Shown piece by piece: positions 39,881 through 52,559 of a stretch of 64,000 nt of DNA (the stretch's first letter is position 1; the number at the start of each line of letters is the position of its first letter). Origin of the DNA: Paraspadella gotoi (Eukaryota; Animalia; Chaetognatha); the NCBI GenBank assembly GCA_051294375.1, contig CM119266.1, positions 1,493,554 to 1,557,553 on the forward strand, read 5' to 3'. Made by a program: the position numbers and the translations under genes. The notes beneath the pieces were generated by a model, which ran no database searches, was not told the DNA's origin, and saw nothing but the letters and a program-made list of their open reading frames with translations.

Positions 39881-42120
39881 ATGAAGTAAGTTTTCAATGA
39901 AGAGACAGTGATAATTGTTATGAGTTAGTGACAGAACCGTTCAATATAAGCAGTCCCTGCGCTTCGGATCAGGCTGTAACACCATGTTACAGGCGGGTTT
40001 AGCGCCCCGTCCCTCTTAACTGCGAGGCGACCACCGGGCTAGAACCTCGGACCTTTGGGTTGGGGGGCTAATGACTAGCCTCCTTCACCAATGGCAGCTA
40101 ATGAACAGTTGGTGGATTTTAGTCCACCATATCAACAGCTAAAATTAGAGCATGCTCTTCAAATACATATTTCTTTGCACCATCTCCTCTCTCCTCCCCT
40201 TAACCTTCTCTTCCACCCCCTAACCATTCCCTCCCCTCCCCTCCTCTCTCCTACCCTCGCTTCCCTTTACCACCTCTCCACTAACATTCCCTCCTATTCT
40301 CTCCCCTCTCCCCACCCTTCTTCTCCCTTCCCCTTCCCCCAACTCCCTCCCATGGACGCTCCAAGCTTCCCCACCCTGACTTTTCCTCGGACGACACGGC
40401 CCAACTCGGCCGCGACCTCGTCCACCATCTCTCGACGAGCGGATTCGTCTACTTGCGGAATCACGGCGTCTCCGAGGAGGTCATGGAAAGGAGCCGACAA
40501 TCGGCCCGTGACTTCTTTAAAATGGATCACGACTTTAAGGGGAGTATGTCAATAGTATTTTTTACTTAATATCCTCTAATTTATTGTTTCTTTCTGTTCT
40601 TGAGTTAAATTTAAAATTAATTTTGTTTTTTTTAATCCACTGGAAATTAATATGATATGATACTTGATAGATTCAAAAATTTCATATTCCAATAATGGGC
40701 ACATTAAAGAATAATTTTTAAAAAAATATTAAGATAAAAGATTGATTCGTAAGGAAGTCCTTTACTATCTTAATATTAATTTATAAATTAATTTGTTCAA
40801 TATTTCAGATGAAATCCATAATGACCGAGGAGTCAAAACCCTGGGGCTACAAGCCATTCGCCTCTGAGAGACTCAACCCAGACGCGCAAGCCATGGACGC
40901 CAAAGAAGTGGTGCGTTTGTCTGTCCGTCTGTCTGTACGCACTCTTCAGTCTGTGACCCGTCTTTCAACACTTCTTAGCTCATGTACGGCGCAATCGACC
41001 CTCCTTCCAACGCCTGGCCAACTTCGGAAGTGGGCGACTCGACTTCGGACCTGATGTCCCAACTCAACGTCGTCACTCGTCGAGTCCTGTCGATGTTGGG
41101 CACAGGATTGGGCTTGGCCAAACCCGATTTCTTTCTGAAAGCTCATACCGTGTCCAACTTTGCCTTGCGGTATAACTTTTATCCATTCATGGAAACGGGA
41201 CAAAACAAATTAGGACAAGTAAAATGCTCGGAGCATCACGACTGGGGTTCGATTTCGCTGCTGCTTCAGGTGATCGAGGGTTAACGAAACAAGAACGGTA
41301 ATTCCAATGTGTTGCCATGCAGTGACTTAACCAATGCAACTAACTATAGGCAAATTATATGCATTTTTAAGTGGGACGGACCGACCGACAGATCGACCGA
41401 AAAGTGACTTTATAGAGTTGCTTCGCGATAAAATTTTTAAAATTACAATAAAATTACTAGATTTCAACAAAAATTTTAAAATTCCCATGACTTTCGTAAG
41501 TACCTGTTTGCGTCATTTACAAAATTTCATATAAACTTTTTTAATTTTCTTGTTTGTTACTAAATTTTTAGGACAAAGTACCCGGTTTGGAGGCCCAGAC
41601 GGTGGTTGGTGGGGAATACGTCGAATTGCCACCGATCGAAGGGACTATTTTGGTGAGTTAATGAATTAAATGATTGATTAATAATTAATTACTTCTTTCG
41701 AGTTTTGTCCCATCATCAATTCTTATCGTCATGATTAAACATCATATCCCATCATCCACTGGTAACATTGTCTGCACATCATAGCATCAACATCTGATTC
41801 CATCATCTCTTCCATGAATCCGTCATCTTCCACCTTAAATATCTCGGCCCATCATCTTCTCATCCCCGTCCCAACTCAAGCTCATCCTCGGCTACATGAT
41901 GGAGACTTGGACGAACGGTCGTCTCCGCGCGATCATGCATCGCGTCGTCAAACCCCTCGATCGAGAGCGCCTCTCCATCAACTACTTCGTGCATCCCAAC
42001 CCGGACACCGAGGCGGAGCCTTTGAAGGAGCTCGTCGGCGAGGGTGTGGCCTCCAAATACGTTAAGACCAGTAGTGAGGGTTACAGCATGACACAGGTCG
42101 ACCGCACCACCAGGGAGTGA
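39881..42120 (+). CDS. 2OG-Fe(II) dioxygenase paralog 3; exons 39881-39885, ~40354-40539, 40809-40910, 40979-41269, 41572-41652, 41881-42120
   Basis: SEHHDWG, IMHRV and RLSINYF are intact. Exon 2 has an apparent 1-nt deletion (~40378) and its acceptor reads CAT rather than CAG (error, or use of ATG 40352). The intron 2 donor reads AAG|GGGAGT. Confidence 0.85.
39951..40100 (-). mobile_element. tRNA-derived SINE-like element in paralog-3 intron 1
   Basis: The minus strand has a Pol III B-box GGTTCTAGCCC (plus 40036-40046) about 45 nt downstream of an A-box-like TGGTGAAGGAGG, within a GC-rich island in an AT-rich intron. No clean cloverleaf. Confidence 0.45.
41288..41433 (+). mobile_element. 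Non-autonomous Helentron/DINE-1-like element, shorter copy
   Basis: Shares the 5' AACAAGAACGGTAATTCCAATGTGTTGC, the GACC/GACA microsatellite and the 3' AAAAGTGACTT(T)ATAGAGTTGC with 45797-46112. Confidence 0.5.
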
Positions 42121-42514
42121 TCTCGACGATTCACGTGAAGATTTCTAAACTGCACGTTGAAATCGTTGATCTTTGCACACTTTAGCGTCATAATGTCACA
42201 TTGTCGGTCGACTCTTTCTTGTAATCTTCCTAATTTTCAAATTAGCGCGGTTTTTTATTTTACTATTGAGGATAATTTTAATAGAAAATTTAAAAAAAAT
42301 AGATATATTTAATTATTTGATGCAGAAAAAAAATTTATATAGCTATTATAAGAACAGAAAATTAAGCGAAATCAAACTTAGCCAAGCATGCGTGACAGAA
42401 CAAATTATATACATACATCATCTTAAGATTGAGTTTGTTTTTATGTGTATCATGCTCATAAAATCAAATATATGACTAGCATAGAATTTAGCTTCAATTC
42501 TCATCATCGGAAAT

Positions 42515-45500
42515 TCAAACGCTCGACTCGGCCTCGTCGCTCTTCGGGTCTCGAGATCGAATCCTGACCTCCGACCTTTTCTTTCTTTCGTCGGCCTCAT
42601 CGACCGACGCTTCGTCGTCGGCCATCGACGCGTCGGCTTCGTCCTCTTCCTCCCCCTCGTCTCCTTCCTCCCTTTCGTCCTCTTTCTTTCCTCTCAATCT
42701 CCTTCTCATCTTCTTCACGAAACTCAATTGATTCACGAAATTCTTCATCATTTGGATGATAAGATTTCCCTCCTCCTCTTCCTCTTCATCCTCCTCTCCA
42801 TCTTCCCAAGGCTTCTTCTCCACGACCGGTTTGGGCTTCACTCTGTCGACGAGAACAAACTGGATGAAATGGTTGCTTAGTTAAATATATATAATATTAT
42901 TATGTTTATGAGGACGACAATAACGGAGCTCGGAAGTCTCTCTCCCCTCTTCTTCTCTCTCTCTCTCTCTCTCTCTTCTCTCTTCTCTCTCTTTCCTCAT
43001 TCCCTTCTCCTCTTTCTTACCCCCACCCCGACTCTCAACCCTCAACCCCCACACCTCTCACCGAATCGGAATTCCCAATTCCTTCCGAATCTGCGCGTCC
43101 AGCTCTTCGTCAGTTGCGCACCACTCCGCCGTCGGGTAAGCGATTTGCTTCAACCTGTTGGGATGTGGCGAAGGTTTGGTCGGGGGTTTTAGAAAAAGAG
43201 GTGTTTTTTGATAAGATGAGTTTCGTCGAGCAGCGTGGCGCAGTGGGAGCGTGCTGGGCCATAACCAGAGGTCGATGGATAGAACCATCCGTTGCTAAAA
43301 TTTTTTCCCACTTCTTTTAACGCATGCTAAAAGATAATTTGAACCAATATTCGAGGAAATAAATTAAAACTTAGTGAAAAATTTATCAGACATTGTACAT
43401 TTTACAATGTACAGCCGTGTAGCTGACTCATGGTTCCCGATGCACAAGTCGAGAAGACGAAAGTATCTTCTCACACCTGACACTAACATTCGTCATTTAG
43501 AAATATCCTTTTCGATTCGATGACGGAGGTAAAGTATATATAATATCTAGTAAAGTATATATAATATTTAGTGAATAGTGTCTCCATTTAGACAAGACAA
43601 CGAAAACTCTGCTGAATCCCTGATCTCGGGCTAGTTTATGGAGAATCGATCACCCCTTCCTCTTTTACAATCAATTATAAACAATTTTTTTAAATTTCTT
43701 AGTATATATTTTTTTTTTTTTGCTGACTTTTGATTCTGGTCCCGATGACGGAGGAAAATGAGGAGACGGCGCCGAGAATCGGAAGAAACGAAGACGAGGA
43801 CAATGAATAAAATCCATCCCACCTAAAAGATAAAATATCTTATTAAAAGAATATATAATTAAATAAAATTAAATCGACTGTATTACATCGCTACAAACAA
43901 TTCATCTCAGAAATAAGCTATCTTGCCCCTGACTTTGGACCGGCTTCTTTCTTTTTTCCGCTTTCACTTCCAAAAATTGATAACCAAGTCAAATGATCTT
44001 CAACCTTCGCTTTAACCTTACCTTTTCCCCTCTCGCGATAACCTCACCTCGTCGAGCCAATAAAGGCAAAATGTAGTAAAGGCTGAGTGTAGAGAGAGCG
44101 CGGCGCGAAGGTTGGTAAGCGATGATTCCGGTCAGACTGGTTAAAAGTTCAAATTGAATATTTAATTACTAAAATAAATTGGCGATCTTTTCCAAAAGCG
44201 CTTCATTTCAGCGTAAATGCAGAAGTAAGTTTTTACTTTTTTGGTTTTGAGATTACGTAGGTTTGGGGATAGGGATTAGGTTAGGAATTAGGTTAGGATT
44301 AGGTTAGGAATTAGGTTAGGGATTAGGTTAGTGATTAGGTTAAGGATTAGGTTAAGGATTAGGTATAGGAATTAGGTTAGGGATTAGGTTATGGAATAGG
44401 GATTAGGGTTATGAGATAAAGTTGGGGATTAAAATTTAGATTTGTGGTTAGAAGTAAGAGATTAGAGTTAGATCTTATGGTTTGGTTCACGGATTAGGAA
44501 CAGAAATGGAGCGTTAAGAAAAATGTGTTTTTATTTCGAAAAATTAACCCTTCAGTAATTTTTGGTCATTCGTACGAAACATTGCAAAACACTTTTTTCA
44601 AATGATAACTCGATTATAGTTTGCTTAACGATACAAATGTCATAAGTGTCACTATATACCTGAAGAAGAGCAGAACCAGGAGGTGACGCTTCCGCCGTAC
44701 GTCACCGTCACCATCGTTTGCCGCCAAAGCCACTCGATGTTTTTGCGAGAGGAAGTCGCGGACGCCGCATGGCGAAGATCATCGCCTGTCCTCGAAGAAC
44801 GGATGGGCGTAGCAAAGACCTCATCTTTCGACTTTCCTCCATAAACTTACCTTGACGTCGGTGTGAAGATATCGGAAGGCGTAGCAGGTCATGAGCGTGA
44901 ACGTGTGAAGAAAGGCGACGCAGGTGACGGGAAGGTAAGGCACGAGGTCGATGCTCATCACGAGAAACACGACAGCGTATCTGGGAGGATAGAAAAAGCG
45001 AGGTCTCTCTCTCTCTCAGCTGATGATTTCTTAGTTTAAAAATAATTTCAAAAATGAGTAATATCCCTAATAATTGAAGCCTGGCAAGCTAATCACATAA
45101 ACTTACCTTATCAAAGTTCCAACAAGTCGGTGATCATGTGAAATCCCATGAGATAGAAACTCGTGAGAATGATGACGAGCATCGAAGTCAAGTAGAGGAA
45201 TTCGATCTTGGTTCGTTGAAAATGCTCGATCAGGGCCAGCACTAATATGACCTGAAAAAAAACCGCTGCAAATTTTAACAATTTTTATCGGTTTTTTTTT
45301 CTCGTGCAACAAAGTAATTAATAATATTCAACAATGAAATTTAATATTTAACGGCTAAATTATTGCCCTTTCCTATATCTAGAAATTTATAGCATTTAAT
45401 AATATTAATGTTATTATATAACATTAAACTTTCGACACGCCCATTGTCACCTCGACATTAAGCGCCATAAAAAATATGGTGACGTAAAGGACGACGGCGA

Positions 45501-45613
45501 AAGATTCGGCGCCGGAAGTTTGGCGACGATCTCGGCAAGGACGACAAATGCGACATCTGGACCGGAAGTCGCGAATGTATTCTACCGGAACCTGAGAGAG
45601 AGAGAGAGAGAGA

Positions 45614-45679
<66 letters not shown>

Positions 45680-45698
45680 AGAGAGATACAGACAGACC

Positions 45699-45745
<47 letters not shown>

Positions 45746-48670
45746 CAGAGAGAGAAACTCAATGACGCACGCCAAGTCATACCGCGGAAACAAACTAACA
45801 AGAACGGTAATTCCAATGTGTTGCGCCACAGTAATTTTATTTTCACATGTATTTCCCTTTGATCACATTCCGTTTTTTATTCCTTATAATTTTATGAATT
45901 CCTAAAGGCGGCGCAAGCAGTCTCTAGATTTGAGGTTTTTTCAAATGAACAACCAACGACAGGCATATTATATGTTTTTTTTAACGTAAGTGGGACAGAC
46001 CGAGGGAAAGATATACCGATGGACCGACCGACAGATACACAGACCGACAGACACACGGACCAAAAAGTGACTTATAGAGTTGCTCCGCGAGTACTTGCGG
46101 CGCAACTAAAAACGAAACACCAGAAAAGCGCGAACTGAGATCAAACGAGAACAAAACCAGAAAAGAATGTAGCACGAAGTTGACATGCCGAAACAGCGCC
46201 ACCTGGTAGTCGTGGCGAGCGTCCCGACGGCGCCAAAGACGGCGATGGCAGAGACGATGCTGAAGAAGACGTTGCAGGCGACGGCGAAGTAACGAAGCTG
46301 TGATGAAGTCCCGGTTCCAGGGGTTGAGCTCCCGATCATGACCAGGCCTCCCTTGAGGGGGAAGAGAGAGAGAGAGAGAGTCGGTTAAAGAGGACCACAA
46401 CTTACAAGGACCGCCTGGGGTGGCAGTATACCCTTTTTGAGTGCCCCTAAACGAATGAAGAATCGTTGTCAAATGTCTTCAATGGGAAAGAAAATATAAT
46501 TAGATCCTACCCCCTCTCTGCAGTAAGAAATATTTCCAAACATGATAAGAAAGAAGTTTTTTTTTTGTTTGTTTAAATTTAAAATTGCAATTTACCTGCG
46601 AAATACTGTAAGTGATAAAGACGTACATAACGGCGACGTACCAAGTACGGGGATCGAATGTAATGAGAAATAAAATTACCGAATATTGTAATTATTTTTT
46701 ATGAATTATATAAGGTATTAAAAATGACGTCGTTTGGAAAAATTAAAATAAATATTCTATAAAATTAATCAGTTATATTTTAATTTTCCATCCGCGATTT
46801 ATTTCNNNNNNNNNNNNNNNNNNNNNNNNNAGGAGACGGCGCCGAGAATCGGAAGAACGAAGACGAGGACAATGAATAAAATCCATCCCACCTAAAAGAT
46901 AAAATATCTTATTAAAAGAATATATAATTAAATAAAATTAAATCGACTGTATTACATCGCTACAAACAATTCATCTCAGAAATAAGCTATCTTGCCTTGC
47001 CCCTGACTTTGGACCGGCTTTTTTTTTCCGCTTTCACTTCCAAAATTGATAACCAAGTCAAATGAATCTTCAACCTTCGCTTTAAGCTTTACCTTTTCCC
47101 CTCTCGCGATAACCTCACCTCGTCGAGCCAATAAAGGCAAAATGTAGTAAAGGCTGAGTGTAGAGAGAGGCGCGGCGGCGAAGGGTTGGTAAGCGTATGA
47201 TTCGGTCGAGACTGGTTAAAAGTTCAAATTGAATATTTAATTACTAAAATAAAATTGGCGATCTTTTCCAAAAGCGCTTCATTTCAGCGTAAATGCAGAA
47301 GTAAGTTTTTACTTTTTTGGTTTTGAGATTACGTAGGTTTGGGGATAGGGATTAGGTTAGGAATTAGGTTGGGATTAGGTTAGGAATTAGGTTAGGGATT
47401 AGGTTAGTGATTAGGTTAGGATTAGGTTAAGGATTAGGTTAGGAATTAGGTTAGGGATTAGGTTATGGAATAGGGATTAGGGTTATGAGATAAAGTTGGG
47501 GATTAAAATTTAGATTTGTGGTTAGAAGTAAGAGATTAGAGTTAGATCTTATGGTTTGGTTCACGGATTAGGAACAGAAATGGAGCGTTTAAGAAAAATG
47601 TGTTTTTATTTCGAAAAATTAACCCTTCAGTAATTTTTGGTCATTCGTACGAAACATTGCAAAACACTTTTTCAAATGATAACTCGATTATATTTGCTTA
47701 ACGATACAAATGTCATAAGTGTCACTATATACCTGAAGAAGAGCAGAACCGAGAGTGACGCTTCCGCCGTACGTCACCGTCACCATCGTTTGCCGCCAAA
47801 GCCACTCGATGTTTTTGGCGAGAGGAAGTCGCGGACGCCGCATGGCGAAGATCATCGCCTGTCCTCGAAGAACGGATGGGCGTAGCAAAGACCTCATCTT
47901 TCGACTTTCCTCCATAAACTTACCTTGACGTCGGTGTGAAGATATCGGAAGGCGTAGCAGGTCATGAGCGTGAACGTGTGAAGAAAGGCGACGCAGGTGA
48001 CGGGAAGGTAAGGCACGAGGTCGATGCTCATCAGAGAAACACGACAGCGTTCTGGGAGGATAGAAAAAGCGAGGTCTCTCTCTCTCTCAGCTGATGATTT
48101 CTTAGTTTAAAAATAATTTCAAAAATGAGTAATATCCCTAATAATTGAAGCCTGGCAAGCTAATCACATAAACTTACCTTATCAAAGTTCCAACAAGTCG
48201 GTGATCATGTGAAATCCCATGAGATAGAAACTCGTGAGAATGATGACGAGCATCGAAGTCAAGTAGAGGAATTCGATCTTGGTTCGTTGAAAATGCTTCG
48301 ATCGGGCCAGCACTAATATGACCTGAAAAAAAACCGCTGCAAATTTTAACATTTTTATCGGTTTTTTTTTCTCGTGCAACAAAGTAATTAATAATATTCA
48401 ACAATGAAATTTAATATTTAACGGCTAAATTATTGCCCTTTCCTATATCTAGAAATTTATAGCATTTAATAATATTAATGTTTATATATAACATTAAACT
48501 TTCGACACGCCCATTGTCACCTCGACATTAAGCGCCATAAAAAATATGGTGACGTAAAGGACAGACGGCGAAAGATTCGGCGCCGGAAGTTTGGCGACGA
48601 TCTCGGCAAGGACGACAAATGCGACATCTGGACCGGAAGTCGCGAAGTATATTCTACCGGAACCTGAGAG

Positions 48671-48757
<87 letters not shown>

Positions 48758-48768
48758 ACAGACAGACC

Positions 48769-48825
<57 letters not shown>

Positions 48826-51800
48826 GAAACTCAATGACGGCACGCCAAGTCATACCGCGAGAAACAAACTAACAAGAACGGTAATTCCAATGTGTTGCGC
48901 CACAGTAATTTTATTTTCACATGTATTTCCCTTTGATCACATTCGTTTTTATTCCTTATAATTTTAATTCCTAAAGGCGGCGCAAGCAGTCTCTTAAGAT
49001 TTGAGGTTTTTTCAAATGAACAACCAACGACAGGCATATTATATGTTTTTTTTAACGTAAGTGGGAACAGACCGAGGGAAAGATATACCGATGGACCGCA
49101 CCGACAGATACACAGACCGACAGACACACGGACCAAAAAGTGACTTATAGAGTTGCTCCGCGAGTACTTGCGGCGCAACTAAAAACGAAACACCAGAAAC
49201 AGCGCGAACTGAGATCAAACGAGACAAAACCAGAAAAGAATGTAGCACGAAGTTGACATGCGCCAAACAGCGCCACCTGGTAGTCGTGGGGGAGCGTCCC
49301 GACGGCGCCAAAGACGGCGATGGCAGAGACGATGCTGAAGAAGACGTTGCAGGCGACGGCGAAGTAACGAAGCTGTGATGAAGTCCGCGCGTTCCAGGGT
49401 GTTGAGCTCCCGATCATGACCAGGCCTCCCTTGAGGGGGAAGAGAGAGAGAGAGAGAGTCGGTTAAAGAGGACCACAACTTACAAGGACCGCCTGGGGTG
49501 GCAGTATATCCCCTTTTTGAGTGCCCCTAAACGAATGAAGAATCGTTGTCAAATGTCTTCAATGGGAAAGAAAATATAATTAGATCCTACCCCCTCTCTG
49601 CAGTAAGAAATAGTTCCAAAACATGATAAGAAAGAAAGTTTTTTTTTTGTTTGTTTAAATTAAAATTGCAATTTACCTGCGAAATACTGTAAGTGTAAAG
49701 ACGTACATAACGGCGACGTACCAAGTACGGGGATCGAATGCTAATGAGAATAAAATTACCGAATATTGTAATTATTTTTTTATGAATTATATAAGGTATT
49801 AAAATGACGTCGTTTGGAAAAATTAAAATAAATATTCATAAAATTAATCATGTTATATTTTAATTTTCCATCCGCGATTTAATTTTCTTCTTCATCTTTT
49901 CTCCCATCCCAATGCTTTCCCTCCCACCTTTCTTGATGTCCGCCTCGAACAGGTGCCTGATTCCGTTGCTGGCGCAGGCCTTGCCAAACAGCGGCGGCCA
50001 TCCACCAACGGCCAACACGTAGGGAAACGTCGTCCGAAAAATGTGCAGCCAGGGAGAGGCGCGAATGCAAGCGGAGAAGAGGAGGCAGGCGCCAGCCAAG
50101 TGCAACCGATGAGGAAGTCAGGACGGCCAGGTGCCACCTGCAGAGTGAGAGAAAAAGCTCCATAATAACTGTTGAGATAAAAATTAATAAAATCATTATG
50201 TCAGCCAAAGAAATTATAATAGTTTATTTAAAAGAAAAATAAAATCAAGGGTAAAATAAGTTAATATTCAGAATCTAATTGCATATGCGAGTTTTAAATA
50301 TGGCAGATGACGATCGAAAAAAAACTTGACACCGGAGTGGCCATCTCTTTTTCACCATTTAACGCGCGTATTGTAAATTCAGGAATTACAACAATACATG
50401 ATTGTCAGACTTAATTTTAGTCATGTTTGTCCTTTTATTTTCTTTATCATTAATGTCACTTTAGTCACGTTTTGTTCTTTAGTCATTAGTCATCACGTCA
50501 TTTTATTCAATTATGTCATTTCAGTTACGTTTTTTTTAAATATATTTTGGAAAAAAAATATACATATATTTTGGAAGCCTATATAAATAAATAAATAAAT
50601 AAATAAATAAATAGAATTAATAATTCTGTCTCGTCTGTATGACTCGAAGGTCATCGAAGCTCGGCTGCAATCTCAGTATCGGTCAAAATGATTCCAGCTT
50701 TTTTTCAAAACGAGATCATTATCTACTTGACCTCGAGTGTCGCCCTCGTCCAGACTGGAACTTCAACCGCATCAAGAATTGGTCCAGAATTGCTCCGTTG
50801 GCGACGCCTGTGTCACTTGACGAGCGACTGCCGGGTGACGCACTGAGAAGTGGCTCCACCCGCTGCAGATGCAGGTGACGTTGGAGGGGGTCTCTGGACG
50901 CAGAACTGATGCTTGAGGTTGGGGTGAGGGGGATCCGATTGGGGGGTTGATGCGGGAGTGGGGGTTGGGTAAAAAAATTTAATGATCGCAGAAAAGAGCG
51001 AAAAAAAGAAAGAAAGAAAGAAAGAAAGAAAGAAAAAGAAAGAAAGAAAGAAAGAAGAAAGAAAGAAAGAAAGAAGAAAGAAAGAAAGAAAGAAGGAAAG
51101 AAAACAAATTTAAGAGATACGCAAAAGAAAGATAACATACCCAGATAACAAAAGATATATAGATACATGACGTTCAAGACCTGTCGTTGGACAAAATCCG
51201 GTTCGTCATGCAAAATCTCCCGGCAAATTGACGTTTCCGGCGGCGTCCTCGAACCGGAACTTCATCGGCTGATACGTGATGACACCGGGATGTGATCGGG
51301 ATCGACGAGTCGCACTCCCCCAACACTCCGTGGTGTCGTTGACCCAGAGGCGGTTGAGTGTCGCCTGGATGCGGTGGAGTTGGACACATAGATCGCCCCC
51401 AGTATTAACGACGTGCTGGACATTGATGTTCTTGTCGTCTTTTATTAACAATACGAATCTCAGATACTTCTCCAAACTATATGTAAATTATTGTAAAATA
51501 ATAATAACGAATGATAATTTTTTATACTACTGTTTTTGGGTCGATTAAAGTGGTATGTGTTTCTAGTGAGGTCATTGTTTTTTCTTAGTTTTTATTTTAA
51601 TTCTGATTTGTTTTATTTCACCTGTTTCTTTGCCTTATATATATGTTTATATATATATATATGTATATAAGGCGTAGTAAAATTTCTAAATTTAACTTTA
51701 ATTAAAAATTCTAAAAGTGAGCACGACAACATTATAACTAATGAACATTTATGTAATAAAAAAATTTTTAATAAATTTTACAATTTACGCAGTAGGCCAT

Positions 51801-52484
51801 ATTTATACTTATCTAATCAATAATGTATAAATTTCAAAACAGTTTATTCTAGATTTTTTTGCAGATTTTGATTAGTCATAAAAGTTGGTAAAAAGAAATA
51901 TAACTCTTTTTGAAAAAATTCCTTCATTAAGTGGTCAAAATTAGAATAAGCTATATTTGAAGCTGAAAATTAACTTTTATATATTAATATAGTTTTTAAT
52001 TTTTAACCCACTTAATGAAAAATTTTTAAAAGTGATTTATATTTTCTTTTTCAACTTTTGACGAGAATTCAAATCTGCAATCAAAATTAAGAAAAGCCTA
52101 TTTTAAAATTTTTCGAGTTATAAAGGATAATACTATATATAAATATAGCCTACTGCGAAAATTAAAAAACATAAAATTAATTTTTTTTTCAAATTAATGT
52201 CACTGATAGTATGTTTTCATAATTGACTTTAGATTTTCGTATTAATTTCACTACGCCTAATGTATTTCCCTTACGTTTCTCGTTCTTTTTCTTTCTCTCT
52301 TCATCTTTTCTTCTTCCCCTACCCACAAACTTACCTTACCCTTTACTCACCGATCGGAACTCGAAGCAGGCAGCGTCGTCACGCGTTGCCGCAGTGACTC
52401 CAGGGAAGAGGAATTGAAGGAGGAGAAGAGGAAGAGAGGGAAAGGCGAGGACGAAGTGGACGGGGAAGGGAGTGAGATGGAGAC

Positions 52485-52559
<75 letters not shown>

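Larger units (their letters stand above)
43761..46805. repeat. Direct duplicate of 46831-~49880 across an N gap; probable assembly overlap artefact
   Basis: Colinear, near-identical copies with scattered 1-nt indels on either side of gap 46806-46830. Confidence 0.85.

Noticed and set aside
39990-40100. Functional tRNA gene
   Set aside because: A B-box is present but there is no proper cloverleaf or anticodon arm; treated as SINE-like.
34794-42120. Dioxygenases as ctenophore-type FYY (coelenterazine candidate) proteins or true isopenicillin N synthase
   Set aside because: C-termini are SKTH, GVSS and TTRE, not FYY. No ACV synthetase/NRPS is in the window, and only family-level motifs are visible.
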